A DNA stretch of 64,000 nt from Candidatus Latescibacterota bacterium (lineage in GTDB: Bacteria > Latescibacterota > UBA2968 > UBA8231), in NCBI GenBank assembly GCA_965204725.1, contig OZ242005.1, positions 544,001 to 608,000 of the forward strand. Reading direction: 5' to 3'. This document shows positions 47,098-56,821 of the stretch, piece after piece. The position numbers were made by a program, and so were the translations under genes. Every line of letters begins with the position of its first letter. Positions within the stretch are counted from its first letter, which is position 1. The notes under the pieces were generated by a model. That model was not told where the DNA came from. It saw only the letters and a program-made list of their open reading frames with translations, and ran no database searches.

Positions 47098-50000
47098 TTT
47101 ACTACTGGCGGGTTCACGTAGGCCTGCTGCTGGGGACGGCCGTCGCCACAACCGCCCTGACCGGCGCGCTCCTCGTCGGCGACTCCATGCGCGGGAGTTT
47201 GCGCGACTTGGCGTTAGAGCGTCTAGGCCGCATTGATTACGCGCTGGTTGCGGCGCACTTTTTCCGCAGCGACTTGGGCGACGCGCCCGCCATCCTCCTC
47301 AACGGCAGCGCCCGACACGCCGCGACCCAACAGCTCGCGGCTGGGGTGCAGATCCAAGGCGTCGATGCCCGCTTCGCCGCGCTCTTTCCCCAAGGCGGCC
47401 CCGCCTTGCGCGCCGGGCTTGAGCCAACGCCCGGCCAGCCGTTTCCCTCGCTCGTGGTCAATGCCGCGCTGCAACGCGCCCTCGGCATTGAGCTAGGCGA
47501 CGCAGTGCTGCTCTCGCTGGAGCGCCCGAGCGCGACCTACCGCGAATCCCTGTTTGGCCGCCGCGCTACCGGCGATATCGTCACCACGCTACGTGCGGTG
47601 CTCACCGGCGTCTTGCCCGACCGGGGCGCGGGGCGCTTCGGCCTGCGACCGCATCAGCATCGGCCGCTGAACGCATACCTCGACCTCCAAGCCCTCCAGC
47701 GCGTCCTCGGCCAACCGGGGCGCGTCAACGCCCTGCTCATCGCCGCGCCCGCCAGCCAACCCCAAGCCCTGCAAGGCGCATTCGACCAACGCCTGAGCCT
47801 TGCCGACCGCAAGCTGGCCCTCGCGCTGCACCCCAACTACATCGAGCTGACCAGCACCCGCTTGGTCCTCAACGACTCGACCCGCGCCGCGGCCTTGGCC
47901 AGTGCCGCGGCCTTACAACTCAAAACCGCGACGTTCTCGACCTATCTCGCCAACGCCATTGCGGGTAATGACCGCCAAGTCCCCTACTCAACCGTCACCG
48001 GGCTCGACGACCCCACCGGCCTCTATCTCGCCGACGGACGGCCCGCGCCGCCCCTCGCCGCCGACGGCCTCTACCTCGACGCTTGGACAGCCCGCGAGTT
48101 GGCCGCGGCCCCCGGCGACTCGATAGCCCTGACCTATTACGCGGTCGGCCCGCGCCAAGCCCTCCGCACCGAGCAGGCCCACTTCCGCCTCCAAGGGATC
48201 GTGCAGATGCGCGGCTTGGCTATTGATCCAACGCTGACGCCCGTCTATCCGGGGTTGCAGGAAGAAGGCGACATGGCTGCTTGGGACGCGCCCTTCCCCA
48301 TCGACTTGGGGCAAATCCGCTCGCAGGACGAAGCCTACTGGGATCAGTACGGGGCCGCGCCCAAAGCCTTCGTCGCGGCCCGCACCGGCCAGCGTTTGTG
48401 GCGCAGCCGCTACGGTGCGCTGACCTCCATCCGCTTTTATCCCGCCTCGCCCGCCCACCATCAAAGCCTGCGCCAAGACCTGCTAAAACGCTTGTCGCCA
48501 GCGACCGACTTCGCCTTGCGTCCCGTCCGCCAGCAGGCCATCGCCGCTTCGCAAGGGGCCACGGACTTCAGCGGCCTCTTTATCGGCTTCAGCCTCTTCC
48601 TGATCGCGGCTGCGGCACTCTTAGTGATCCTGCTGTGCAAGTTCGGCCTCGAACAACGCGCCAGCGAAGCGGGGCTGCTGCTCGCCACTGGCTACCCGCT
48701 CGCCGCGGTGAGCCGACGCTTCTTGGGCGAGGGCATCGCCTTGGCCGCGCTGGGTGGACTCCTCGGCCTCGCCGGTGCCCAGCTCTACGCCTACCTGCTG
48801 CTGGTCGGCTTGCACACCTATTGGTTGGAGGCCATTGGAACGCCCTTCCTTCACCTCCACGTCCGCTGGCCGAGCTTGGGGATGGGCTATCTAGCAACTC
48901 TGCTGCTGGTCTCGCTGGCGCTGTGGCGCACCGTGCGGCACTACCACCGGCTGCCCGTCCGCGCCCTGCTCGCCGGGGCACTCGATACCGCCCGTCCGCA
49001 CCCGCACGACCGCCGGATCGTCCTCGCCGCGCTCGCGCTCTCCCTCGCCCTCGCCTTGAGCATCCTCGCCAGTACGGCCGATGCCGCTACTGCGACCGCA
49101 CTTTTCTTGGGCAGCGGCGCGGCCGCCCTGTTGGCCCTGTTGGCCCTATTCGCGGTCTGGTTGTGCGCTCCGCCCTCGGGCCGACTTGGTTCCAGCCTCG
49201 GCTTGGGTCTGCTCAATAGCACCCGCAAGCCCAGCCGCAGCACCCTCTGCACCGCCCTCGTCGCCGGCGCGACCTTTGTCATCGTCGCGGCCGGCGCCCA
49301 TCGGCAGGTCGAGTGGGCCGACGATCCGGGCACGGGCGGTTTCGCGCTCGTCGCCCAAGCGGAGATTCCCCTGCACCAAGACCTCAATAGCGCGGCCGGT
49401 CGCCTCGAATTGGGGCTGGCAACCGGCTTGGATGCCGCGCATTTTTTTCCCTTCCGCGTCCTGCCCGGCGACGATGTGAGCTGCCTCAACCTCTACCGGC
49501 CCCAAGCCCCGCGCGTCCTCGGCGCACCGGCCGAGTTCGTCCAGCGCGGCGGCTGGCCCTTCCGGCAAACCCTCGCTCTAACGCCGGCCGAGCGCGCCAA
49601 TCCTTGGCAATTGCTCCAGCGCGATTTGGGGCCGGGCGTCGTCCCAGCTATCGGCGATTTTCATTCGGCGCAGTGGATTTTGCACAAGGGGCTGGGCGAC
49701 GACATTCCAATTGCGGAGGGCTTGGCCGCACGGTTGGTCGGGCTGTTGGACGGCAGCTTGTTCCAGAGCGAGTTGCTCATTGCCGAAGACCGCTTCGCCG
49801 CGCACTTTCCCGAGCGCGAAGGCTATGGCTACTTCCTAGTCGCAACGGAACAACCCGCCGCCGTTGCGGCCGCGCTCGAAAAGGGACTAGTGCCCTACGG
49901 CCTCGACGCCACCCTGAGTGCCGAGCGCCTGCAAAGCTACCGCGCCATTGAAAACACGTACCTATCGACCTTTCAGACGCTGGGCTTGCTCGGGCTGCTC

Positions 50001-50333
50001 TTGGGGACGCTCGGGTTGGGCATCCTCATCCTGCGCAACGTCCTCGAGCGGTGTGGTGAGTTGGCGACCTTGAGTGCCTGTGGCTTTGGCCGCGCCCGTC
50101 TAAGGGCGATGCTGCTCTACGAGCACGGCTTCCTCCTGCTCGCCGGCCAAGCAATCGGCAGCGTCGCCGCCCTCATCGCCGTGGCCCCCCGCCTCTTCGA
50201 CCCCACCCCTTTGCCTTGGGCCGCGCTGGGCCTTTCGCTCGGCTTGGTCTCGGCCGCTGGCCTATTGGCGTGTGCGGTTGCCGCACATTTAGCGCTGCGC
50301 CGCCCCCTGCTGGCGGCCCTCAAGGCCGAGTAG
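47082..50333 (+). CDS. Large FtsX/MacB-type ABC permease (two permease modules)
   Basis: LTGALLVGDS.R.SL, two TM clusters with EQR.SE.GLL.A.G and ER..ELA.L.A.GF; probable GTG start at 47082. Confidence 0.85.
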   Translation: MHRSLIYYWRVHVGLLLGTAVATTALTGALLVGDSMRGSLRDLALERLGRIDYALVAAHFFRSDLGDAPAILLNGSARHAATQQLAAGVQIQGVDARFAALFPQGGPALRAGLEPTPGQPFPSLVVNAALQRALGIELGDAVLLSLERPSATYRESLFGRRATGDIVTTLRAVLTGVLPDRGAGRFGLRPHQHRPLNAYLDLQALQRVLGQPGRVNALLIAAPASQPQALQGAFDQRLSLADRKLALALHPNYIELTSTRLVLNDSTRAAALASAAALQLKTATFSTYLANAIAGNDRQVPYSTVTGLDDPTGLYLADGRPAPPLAADGLYLDAWTARELAAAPGDSIALTYYAVGPRQALRTEQAHFRLQGIVQMRGLAIDPTLTPVYPGLQEEGDMAAWDAPFPIDLGQIRSQDEAYWDQYGAAPKAFVAARTGQRLWRSRYGALTSIRFYPASPAHHQSLRQDLLKRLSPATDFALRPVRQQAIAASQGATDFSGLFIGFSLFLIAAAALLVILLCKFGLEQRASEAGLLLATGYPLAAVSRRFLGEGIALAALGGLLGLAGAQLYAYLLLVGLHTYWLEAIGTPFLHLHVRWPSLGMGYLATLLLVSLALWRTVRHYHRLPVRALLAGALDTARPHPHDRRIVLAALALSLALALSILASTADAATATALFLGSGAAALLALLALFAVWLCAPPSGRLGSSLGLGLLNSTRKPSRSTLCTALVAGATFVIVAAGAHRQVEWADDPGTGGFALVAQAEIPLHQDLNSAAGRLELGLATGLDAAHFFPFRVLPGDDVSCLNLYRPQAPRVLGAPAEFVQRGGWPFRQTLALTPAERANPWQLLQRDLGPGVVPAIGDFHSAQWILHKGLGDDIPIAEGLAARLVGLLDGSLFQSELLIAEDRFAAHFPEREGYGYFLVATEQPAAVAAALEKGLVPYGLDATLSAERLQSYRAIENTYLSTFQTLGLLGLLLGTLGLGILILRNVLERCGELATLSACGFGRARLRAMLLYEHGFLLLAGQAIGSVAALIAVAPRLFDPTPLPWAALGLSLGLVSAAGLLACAVAAHLALRRPLLAALKAE

Positions 50334-51618
50334 TAAGCTGACCAATGCAGTACAGATGCGATTCCGTCCGCAGGAAGAGCCGCCCTCCAGCAATGGCCGG
50401 CGACGATAGCGTAAGGGCACCGTCGAGTTCGTTGGTGGCCAGCACTTTGTACTCTGGGCCGGCTTGGAGCACGGTCGTCACCGCGTTTTCGTTGACCACG
50501 TAGAGCTTGCCGTCGGCCAAGACCGGCGAGGCGCTGACCGACCCTTGGGCTATGCGCTTCGGCCCCCACAGCACCACGCCCGTCCTAGCGTCGAGGCAGG
50601 TGGCTCGCCCGCGGTCATTGACCATGTAGAAATAGCGGCCATCGGTGACGGCCGAGGGCACGTCGGGGCCGCTCCGCCCGGTCCACTTCCAAGCCAAGTG
50701 ACTCGTAGTAATGTCTCCTGTGCCACCGGCGCGGAACGCCAGCACTGGTTTGCGGCGACTAGTCGCGTACACCATCCCGGCGACAGCCACCGGCGACCCG
50801 ACCATCCGGTAATTCCGGTCCTTGTTCGGGTTCAAGCCGCCCGCCCGCCACACCTCCTCGCCCGTGGCCGGATCGTGGCCGGTGAGATAGTCGCCGCCAG
50901 AGACTACGATTTGCGTCTGGCCGTCGTGTACGAGGACTACGGGCGAGGTATAGGCATCCGGCGACTCGCCCGCGGCGTCGGTTGGCCGCTCCCGCCGCCA
51001 CGCGACCGCGCCCGTGCCCGCGTCAAAGGCAATCAGGTAGGAAGCATCGTCCGAGTTCGTCCCGTGCAGGACCTCGACGAAGAGCTGGCCATCGTGGAGC
51101 AAGGGCGAGGAGGCGTAGCCAAACATCAGGCCGAAGGGGCCGTGCTCGGCCTGCAAGTCGTAGTGCCACAATTCCTCACCCTCCATGTCAAAGGCCCGGA
51201 TCATCCCCGTACCGGCAACGGCCAACACCCGCTCGCCATCGGTGACCGGCGAAGGAGTGGCGTTGTTGTGCTTGCGCCAATAGGCGTTGCCCTCGTCGAG
51301 TGTGCGCTGCCACAACGTGCTGCCATCGGCCGTGGACAGGCAGCCCAAAATCAGCTTTTCACCGCCTTGGATCTCCTCGCCCGCATTGGGCGACGTCAAA
51401 AAGATCCGCTCACCCCACACCACCGGCGTACTCCCGCTCCAAGAGGGCAGCTTCCGGCTCCAGACCACATTCTCGCTCGCGCTCCAAGCGACCGGCAGGT
51501 CCACGGCCTCGCTGACGCCGTTGTGGGTAGGGCCGCGCCACTGGGGCCAGTACTCCTGACTGGCATCAGCGCACAGCGCGGTCAGAATCAACACCGAGAC
51601 GAGGATGTACTTTTTCAT
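50320..51618 (-). CDS. Secreted PQQ-like beta-propeller protein
   Basis: AAGGAG RBS, signal peptide, WPQWRGP, STPVVWG, SPVTDG, SSPAIAGGRLFLRT. Confidence 0.87.
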   Translation of the reverse strand: MKKYILVSVLILTALCADASQEYWPQWRGPTHNGVSEAVDLPVAWSASENVVWSRKLPSWSGSTPVVWGERIFLTSPNAGEEIQGGEKLILGCLSTADGSTLWQRTLDEGNAYWRKHNNATPSPVTDGERVLAVAGTGMIRAFDMEGEELWHYDLQAEHGPFGLMFGYASSPLLHDGQLFVEVLHGTNSDDASYLIAFDAGTGAVAWRRERPTDAAGESPDAYTSPVVLVHDGQTQIVVSGGDYLTGHDPATGEEVWRAGGLNPNKDRNYRMVGSPVAVAGMVYATSRRKPVLAFRAGGTGDITTSHLAWKWTGRSGPDVPSAVTDGRYFYMVNDRGRATCLDARTGVVLWGPKRIAQGSVSASPVLADGKLYVVNENAVTTVLQAGPEYKVLATNELDGALTLSSPAIAGGRLFLRTESHLYCIGQLTTRP

Positions 51619-51643
51619 TGATAGGCTCCTTTCTTCGCCGCTA

Positions 51644-51714
51644 ACTCTTATACAGAAAAGACCGCTGTAGCCGCAACCAGACTTCGTCGACCACCGCGAT
51701 AAACGCCCAAGTCA
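51644..51714 (-). pseudogene. 71-bp remnant of a third SGNH-like gene copy
   Basis: The reverse complement TGACTTGGGCGTTTATCGCGGTGGTCGACGAAGTCTGGTTGCGGCTACAGCGG... matches 30585-30655 and 33020-33093. Confidence 0.8.
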
Positions 51715-51778
51715 TCAGTAGGGCCATGGCCTCACTGACGCCGTTGAACTCATGGTTGGTATTGGCTTAGGGAAAATC

Positions 51779-52783
51779 TCAGCAGTAGCTTGGTATTCGC
51801 CGCAGCCTATTGGCTCGCTCGATCAATGTCGGGTTGGGCCTCTGAGCCTTGTCTGACGGTAAGTGTATCTGAGAATTTAGGTGCCGACCCATCTGCTCAA
51901 GGCCCTCGCCGAGTTGTTGATCTCTCAACGCATTCGCCTGCTGTTCATTGAGCCGTACGTAGTACTTTGCATCGAGGTAAATCAAGCTGTTGTCGTAGGC
52001 GCGATGTATGGTCGGCGACAAGGCAAGGCCATTAGAAACATCGTCGGTCCCTTGGGCCTTTACTGGTACAATATGGGCCGCCTCCACGAGATCGAGCTGG
52101 GTCCCCGTCACCGCACAGCGGTTCCCATAAGCAGCCATAACTTGCCGACGAAAGTTCGACGCACGGGCATAGCGGCTTATCGACGCGACGACCTTTTGCC
52201 GTTCCTGCGATAGCGGCTCTAGCTCTTGTGGCTCTATATCCTCCAACTGAGAGGCCCTTAGCAAGAGGGTATATGTTGACAGGTCGCCTCCATGCCGATG
52301 CAGAGAGGCTGCGTTAAACACATAATTCAGAAACTGATCGGGACGAATTCCAACGGCTATTTCCTCGTTGTCTTTTCGGGCAAAGGCTAGGCCGTCTCCA
52401 ACAGCCGTACCAATAGCCTCTATATCGATCTGAACAGAGGGCGAACCTGCTGTAAAGGTGCGATGTCTATCTACATCAAAGCCCGCAAACATATTGCTCT
52501 CAGCGTGATACCCCAGCAAAACAGTACGGCCGCTTGGATTGATCGGCAGTGGCGAGGAAACCGTGGTCATCTGAATTCTGTGTTCGTCCGGTAAAGATGG
52601 TCGGCCGCCATGGGTAAGCGTCCATACATAGACCCAAAGTGAAATGGTATCTTCAAGGTGCTGAACCAAAAATTCTCTGGGGTGCGTAGCCGAACTTGCA
52701 GACACGTAGAAACCGGTACCACCGGATTTCTGTATGGCGTGGAGAACGGCATTGACGAGTTCGGCAGGCGAAATAGCAGGCAT
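51779..52783 (-). CDS. HNH endonuclease with an N-terminal accessory domain
   Basis: FR..V..AY..RCAVTG....VEAAHIVP......DDVSNGLALSPTIHRAYD; lower GC. Confidence 0.85.
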   Translation of the reverse strand: MPAISPAELVNAVLHAIQKSGGTGFYVSASSATHPREFLVQHLEDTISLWVYVWTLTHGGRPSLPDEHRIQMTTVSSPLPINPSGRTVLLGYHAESNMFAGFDVDRHRTFTAGSPSVQIDIEAIGTAVGDGLAFARKDNEEIAVGIRPDQFLNYVFNAASLHRHGGDLSTYTLLLRASQLEDIEPQELEPLSQERQKVVASISRYARASNFRRQVMAAYGNRCAVTGTQLDLVEAAHIVPVKAQGTDDVSNGLALSPTIHRAYDNSLIYLDAKYYVRLNEQQANALRDQQLGEGLEQMGRHLNSQIHLPSDKAQRPNPTLIERANRLRRIPSYC

Positions 52784-52789
52784 AGCTTT

Positions 52790-53788
52790 CTAGGTCCTCG
52801 TTTTGCTTTTAGGTCTTTTCTTGCCCCCGTCGTCCGCCAAGGTCTCCTCGCTATCCGTTCCATTCCACATCGCCGCAGGGTGACAAAGGCCATAAGAAGG
52901 CACTTTCTTTTTGGCTCTATGTTTGGTCGCAAACCTAAAAAGACTGCCTTCGAGGTATTCTTGGACGAGATCGCAGCAGATCCACTTGCGCTTCAAGCGC
53001 TCGGCAACCTCTCCCGTTACACAAGAGCCTGCTAAGGGGTCGAACACCAAGTCCCCCTTGTCGGTGAGCATCCTAACAAAGTACTCGGGCAATTCAGCGG
53101 GGAAGCGAGCGGGATGCGGTTTTATATCGTGCTCCTTGCAAAGTCGCAAGTAGTTGGAATTGCTCTCTGTATTGGGAATTGCAATGAGATTGGGCGGAAT
53201 AGAAGCACCATTGTCAATGTTAAATTTTTCACTAATATCGTGTCCACTCGGCCTGAGCTTGGCTCGGTATCCACCCTTGAGCAATCCTTTCATTGAATTG
53301 CTATAGGGAATCAAAACCCGGCGATTGCTAGCTTTCGGCCAAGGGGTCGGCGACAGCCACCAGACGCAATTGATCGCGTCTTTAACTCGAATGCGCCGCA
53401 CATTTACCCACTCTGCTGGCGTGGGCAACTTGGATGGATTCCACCAGAAGAATTCTTGTGCGAGATGAAAATCGAACTCCCTGCAAAGCATAATCAAAAG
53501 CTCATAGTGATAAAGCGAGCGAGTCGGCTGCCCGGGAATCCAAGCACCACCAATGTCAATGACCAGCGAACCATTGTCCTTGAGGATGCGTATAAATTCT
53601 TTGGCAAATGGCCGAAACCAATCGAGGTATTGATCCGCATCGACATTGCCGTAGTCCTTTTTGCGAACCAACCCAAATGGCGGGGACGTCATGATCAGAT
53701 TGACGCTTTTATCGCCAATATCTACCATGAGATCGAGCGCGTTGCCCCAGTAAATTTCCCCCAAATCGGTTTTGTGAAATAGTTCCAT
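52790..53788 (-). CDS. Site-specific DNA methyltransferase, beta class (N4C/N6A, M.PvuII-like)
   Basis: TSPPF precedes HPARFP and VFDPLAGS; GGAGGGGAGG RBS. Confidence 0.88.
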   Translation of the reverse strand: MELFHKTDLGEIYWGNALDLMVDIGDKSVNLIMTSPPFGLVRKKDYGNVDADQYLDWFRPFAKEFIRILKDNGSLVIDIGGAWIPGQPTRSLYHYELLIMLCREFDFHLAQEFFWWNPSKLPTPAEWVNVRRIRVKDAINCVWWLSPTPWPKASNRRVLIPYSNSMKGLLKGGYRAKLRPSGHDISEKFNIDNGASIPPNLIAIPNTESNSNYLRLCKEHDIKPHPARFPAELPEYFVRMLTDKGDLVFDPLAGSCVTGEVAERLKRKWICCDLVQEYLEGSLFRFATKHRAKKKVPSYGLCHPAAMWNGTDSEETLADDGGKKRPKSKTRT

Positions 53789-53838
53789 ACCTCAAATAAC
53801 CTCCCCTCCAGTTGAGATGATAAATTAGGCTTTTCCTC

Positions 53839-54612
53839 CTAGCGAATGCCCGGCGCAAACGGCTTTGACGGATCCGCGTATTCGTTGCCGGCTCGGTCTC
53901 GGCCCCGCGCCAAGTACACGGCATGGGACTGGGTGGGTCGCATCTTCACCGTCGCCGGCATGTAGCGCATGGTGTAGCCGCAGCGCCGCTTGGCGCTGGT
54001 GTTGGGGTTGGAGCCGTGGATGATCTTGGCGTGGTGGATGTGGCATTGGCCCGCGCAAAGTTCCAAATCGACGACCCGCGACTGATCGACCTGCTCGGTC
54101 ACGATTTCGCGCCCGAAGACGTGGGTGTTGTGATCCACCTCTACATAGTCTGAAAAGCCGTGGTGGTGCGAATCGGCCACCACGCGCATACAGCCGTTTT
54201 CGCACATCGAATCGTCAATGGCCAGCCACACGGTGAGCACCTCGTGCTCGCTGAGCCGCTCGTCCCAATACGCCGAGTCCTCGTGCCACGGCACGCGCTT
54301 GCCGTCGCCGGGCGGCTTGCTGATAAAGTGGCTCGACCACAAGATGATGTCCGGGCCGATAAACGCCTCGACAAAATTGAGCACCTCGTCGGCGAGGAGC
54401 CACTCGAAAAGCGCGGGATGGGCAAAGTGCGGTACATCCATGGCCTCGGGCCGCTTGCCGGCCGGCAAATCGGCCAACAAGCCCGCGAAGAAGGCCCGTA
54501 AACGCTGGAACTTTTCGGCGGGAAAGAGCGGATGGGGATAGACGAAATAACCGTGCTCGCGGTAGAACTGCACGTCTGCCGCGGCGAGGTGCAGGGGGTG
54601 GGAAGTGCTCAT
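53839..54612 (-). CDS. Phytanoyl-CoA dioxygenase (PhyH)-family protein
   Basis: F.EHGY, WHEDS.YW, VWLAIDD...ENGC, IHGS.PN.S..RR. Confidence 0.88.
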   Translation of the reverse strand: MSTSHPLHLAAADVQFYREHGYFVYPHPLFPAEKFQRLRAFFAGLLADLPAGKRPEAMDVPHFAHPALFEWLLADEVLNFVEAFIGPDIILWSSHFISKPPGDGKRVPWHEDSAYWDERLSEHEVLTVWLAIDDSMCENGCMRVVADSHHHGFSDYVEVDHNTHVFGREIVTEQVDQSRVVDLELCAGQCHIHHAKIIHGSNPNTSAKRRCGYTMRYMPATVKMRPTQSHAVYLARGRDRAGNEYADPSKPFAPGIR

Positions 54613-54671
54613 CGGCGGCTACCTTTCTTCGGAGTGGTTTCGCGCTGCAATCTCAATATACGGCAATCCGC

Positions 54672-56657
54672 TCACCCGTGCAGAATCGGATGCCCCGCGC
54701 CCTTAAACCAAGCCCAGTCGAGCACAAACGACAGAAAAACCCCGCAGAAAAACCCCACCACCAGTCCGATAAATAGCGGCTTGAGCCGCTGGTAGAGCGC
54801 CACGCCGCCGAGGCGCAAGATCAACGCCTTGCAGGCCCACGCCAAGAACACCGAAAACACAATCCGCTTGACCATCCACGTAGAGGCTACGGCCAGCCCC
54901 ACCGGGTGCAGGGGCCACCACGCGACTCGGTAATACAACAACGCCAGCACCCCATAGCCCAACACCCCGCTGCCGGCCAAGCCGAGCTTGTCCCAGTCAA
55001 CGGGCGCGGGATGGCGCGTCTGCTCGGCGGCCCAGTCGAAGGCCCGGCCACCGACGCCCCCAGCGGCATTGAAGAACCACGAGCGCAGATTGCCCGCCCC
55101 GTAGTCGTAGCACAAGTAGATCGTAAAACTGGCGGTCGCGACAAAGCTGACCACCACCGCCAAGCCGAGGGCCGCGGCCAGCCTCCCGCTGCGCCGTTGC
55201 GCGTAGTAATCGTGCAACTTGAGTGCGTTGGCGGCCGAAGGCATAAAGGTAGATTGCACATCGCCGCACCACGCAAAGGTCAGCGCCAGCGCGACCAAAT
55301 TCTGCGGCCCGAGCGCCGAGCCAGCCGCGGCCACGACCATGCCCTGCGCACTCATCGGCGTCGTCAAATAGTGCAAACCGGCTTGTACCACCAGCCGCGT
55401 CAGGCCCAAGAAAATCGTCAGCGCGACCGCCAGATAAAAAGCCGCTAAGTGCAGGTCCAACCCGCTGCGCCACAGCCAGCCGAGGATAAAACCCAGCCCG
55501 GCCAACCCGCCGCCCACGGCGACCCGATAGGAAATTATCTCGTCGGCGTCGTCAATCCGCCCGGCGCGGCCCAGCGCGGTGGACCACACGGCCGCGAGGT
55601 GCTTCCGCGCCATCCACAAACTCCCCCCGACCATCGCCGCAAAGGCCCCCCAAGACTGCCAAGACAAGGGCGTCCCGCCGTACACAAACGGGTCGGCGCG
55701 CAAATTGAAAACCCCCAGTTGATTGATCAGGCCCAGTTGCACCAAGTAGAGCAGATGGAAAAACCAGACGCTGAACGAAATGGCCAGCGGGGCCAGATAC
55801 ATAAATCCCAAGACCGGGAAGTACAGCAGCAGATGGACGGCCGGGGCATGGGGGATGAGGGAAACGGTCCAGTCCCGCAAGACGGGCACTTGCGCCAAGC
55901 CCGGGAAAAAGTAGCTCGGAACGTTGAAGGCGATCAGCCCGCAGGGAATGGCAAAGCCGATCCAGAAGGCCCGGGTCTTGAACGCGGGCGGCAGCGCCGA
56001 CCCCGCGGCCACCTCGGTCAGCATCAAGGCCGCCTCGGTCAGGGGAAAGGTCAGCCGCTCGCGCTCCATCCAGTGCCGGCGCAACACCACCACCGAGCAC
56101 AGGCCGACGAAGTACAGGGCCAGCACCAACAGCAGCCACCACAGCAGCGGCTCGGCCCACGCTCCCCATGGAATCGCCCACTCTTTGCTCGGCAACCCCT
56201 CGTAGAAAAAGCGCATGGCGTCGTGCGCTGGGTCTGGGATCGCCCAATCCGGCAGATGGGGATGGACATACACCGCCCACTCGTTGGTGGGGAGTGCGCC
56301 GTAATAGGGTTTGGAGATGATGCTGAGAATCAGGCCGACGATGAAGATGGGCATGCCGCTGGCGACCAGCCCCATGATGGTGATGGTGATCAGCTCGGCT
56401 GCGCTGAGGGCGCGTTTGAGCAGTACGTTGCCCAACACGAGGATAAAGAGCGGCGCTCCCACGGCGATGGGAAAGTACGACCACGTCATCTCCGACGAGC
56501 CGACCATCCATATTGAATAGGGGCTGCCCACGCTAATGGCGACGACCAGCCCCAGCCCGAGCAACATAGACCGCCAGCTCAAGCCGGACCCGGGCAATTC
56601 TACTAGGTAGCGGTCGCTGAGATGGGCGAGGTATTGGGCGGGGATTTTCTTTTGCAA
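54672..56657 (-). CDS. Polytopic membrane protein (DUF6785/DUF6784-like, putative transporter)
   Basis: Many TM segments; LRRHW.ERERLTFPL, WWPLHPVG and RLGG..LY...PLF.GL blocks; start position uncertain. Confidence 0.65.
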   Translation of the reverse strand: MQKKIPAQYLAHLSDRYLVELPGSGLSWRSMLLGLGLVVAISVGSPYSIWMVGSSEMTWSYFPIAVGAPLFILVLGNVLLKRALSAAELITITIMGLVASGMPIFIVGLILSIISKPYYGALPTNEWAVYVHPHLPDWAIPDPAHDAMRFFYEGLPSKEWAIPWGAWAEPLLWWLLLVLALYFVGLCSVVVLRRHWMERERLTFPLTEAALMLTEVAAGSALPPAFKTRAFWIGFAIPCGLIAFNVPSYFFPGLAQVPVLRDWTVSLIPHAPAVHLLLYFPVLGFMYLAPLAISFSVWFFHLLYLVQLGLINQLGVFNLRADPFVYGGTPLSWQSWGAFAAMVGGSLWMARKHLAAVWSTALGRAGRIDDADEIISYRVAVGGGLAGLGFILGWLWRSGLDLHLAAFYLAVALTIFLGLTRLVVQAGLHYLTTPMSAQGMVVAAAGSALGPQNLVALALTFAWCGDVQSTFMPSAANALKLHDYYAQRRSGRLAAALGLAVVVSFVATASFTIYLCYDYGAGNLRSWFFNAAGGVGGRAFDWAAEQTRHPAPVDWDKLGLAGSGVLGYGVLALLYYRVAWWPLHPVGLAVASTWMVKRIVFSVFLAWACKALILRLGGVALYQRLKPLFIGLVVGFFCGVFLSFVLDWAWFKGAGHPILHG

Positions 56658-56821
56658 GGGGTGCGCTGCTTGGCAAGACTAGATTTTGATTACCATTCCC
56701 TATCTCCTAATATATAGAGAACATGGCAGCCGACTGATACCACGCATCTGGGGGGCCTCTTATTGGAAACAAAAGCGGGGGAATGCGGCCGCCGAATGAC
56801 TATTAACCAAAGGAGGATATC

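Noticed and set aside
50464-51621. 385-aa + strand ORF, and many similar long overlapping ORFs in the track
   Set aside because: Antisense or alternate-frame shadows of well-supported genes, expected in GC-rich DNA; no motifs or RBS.
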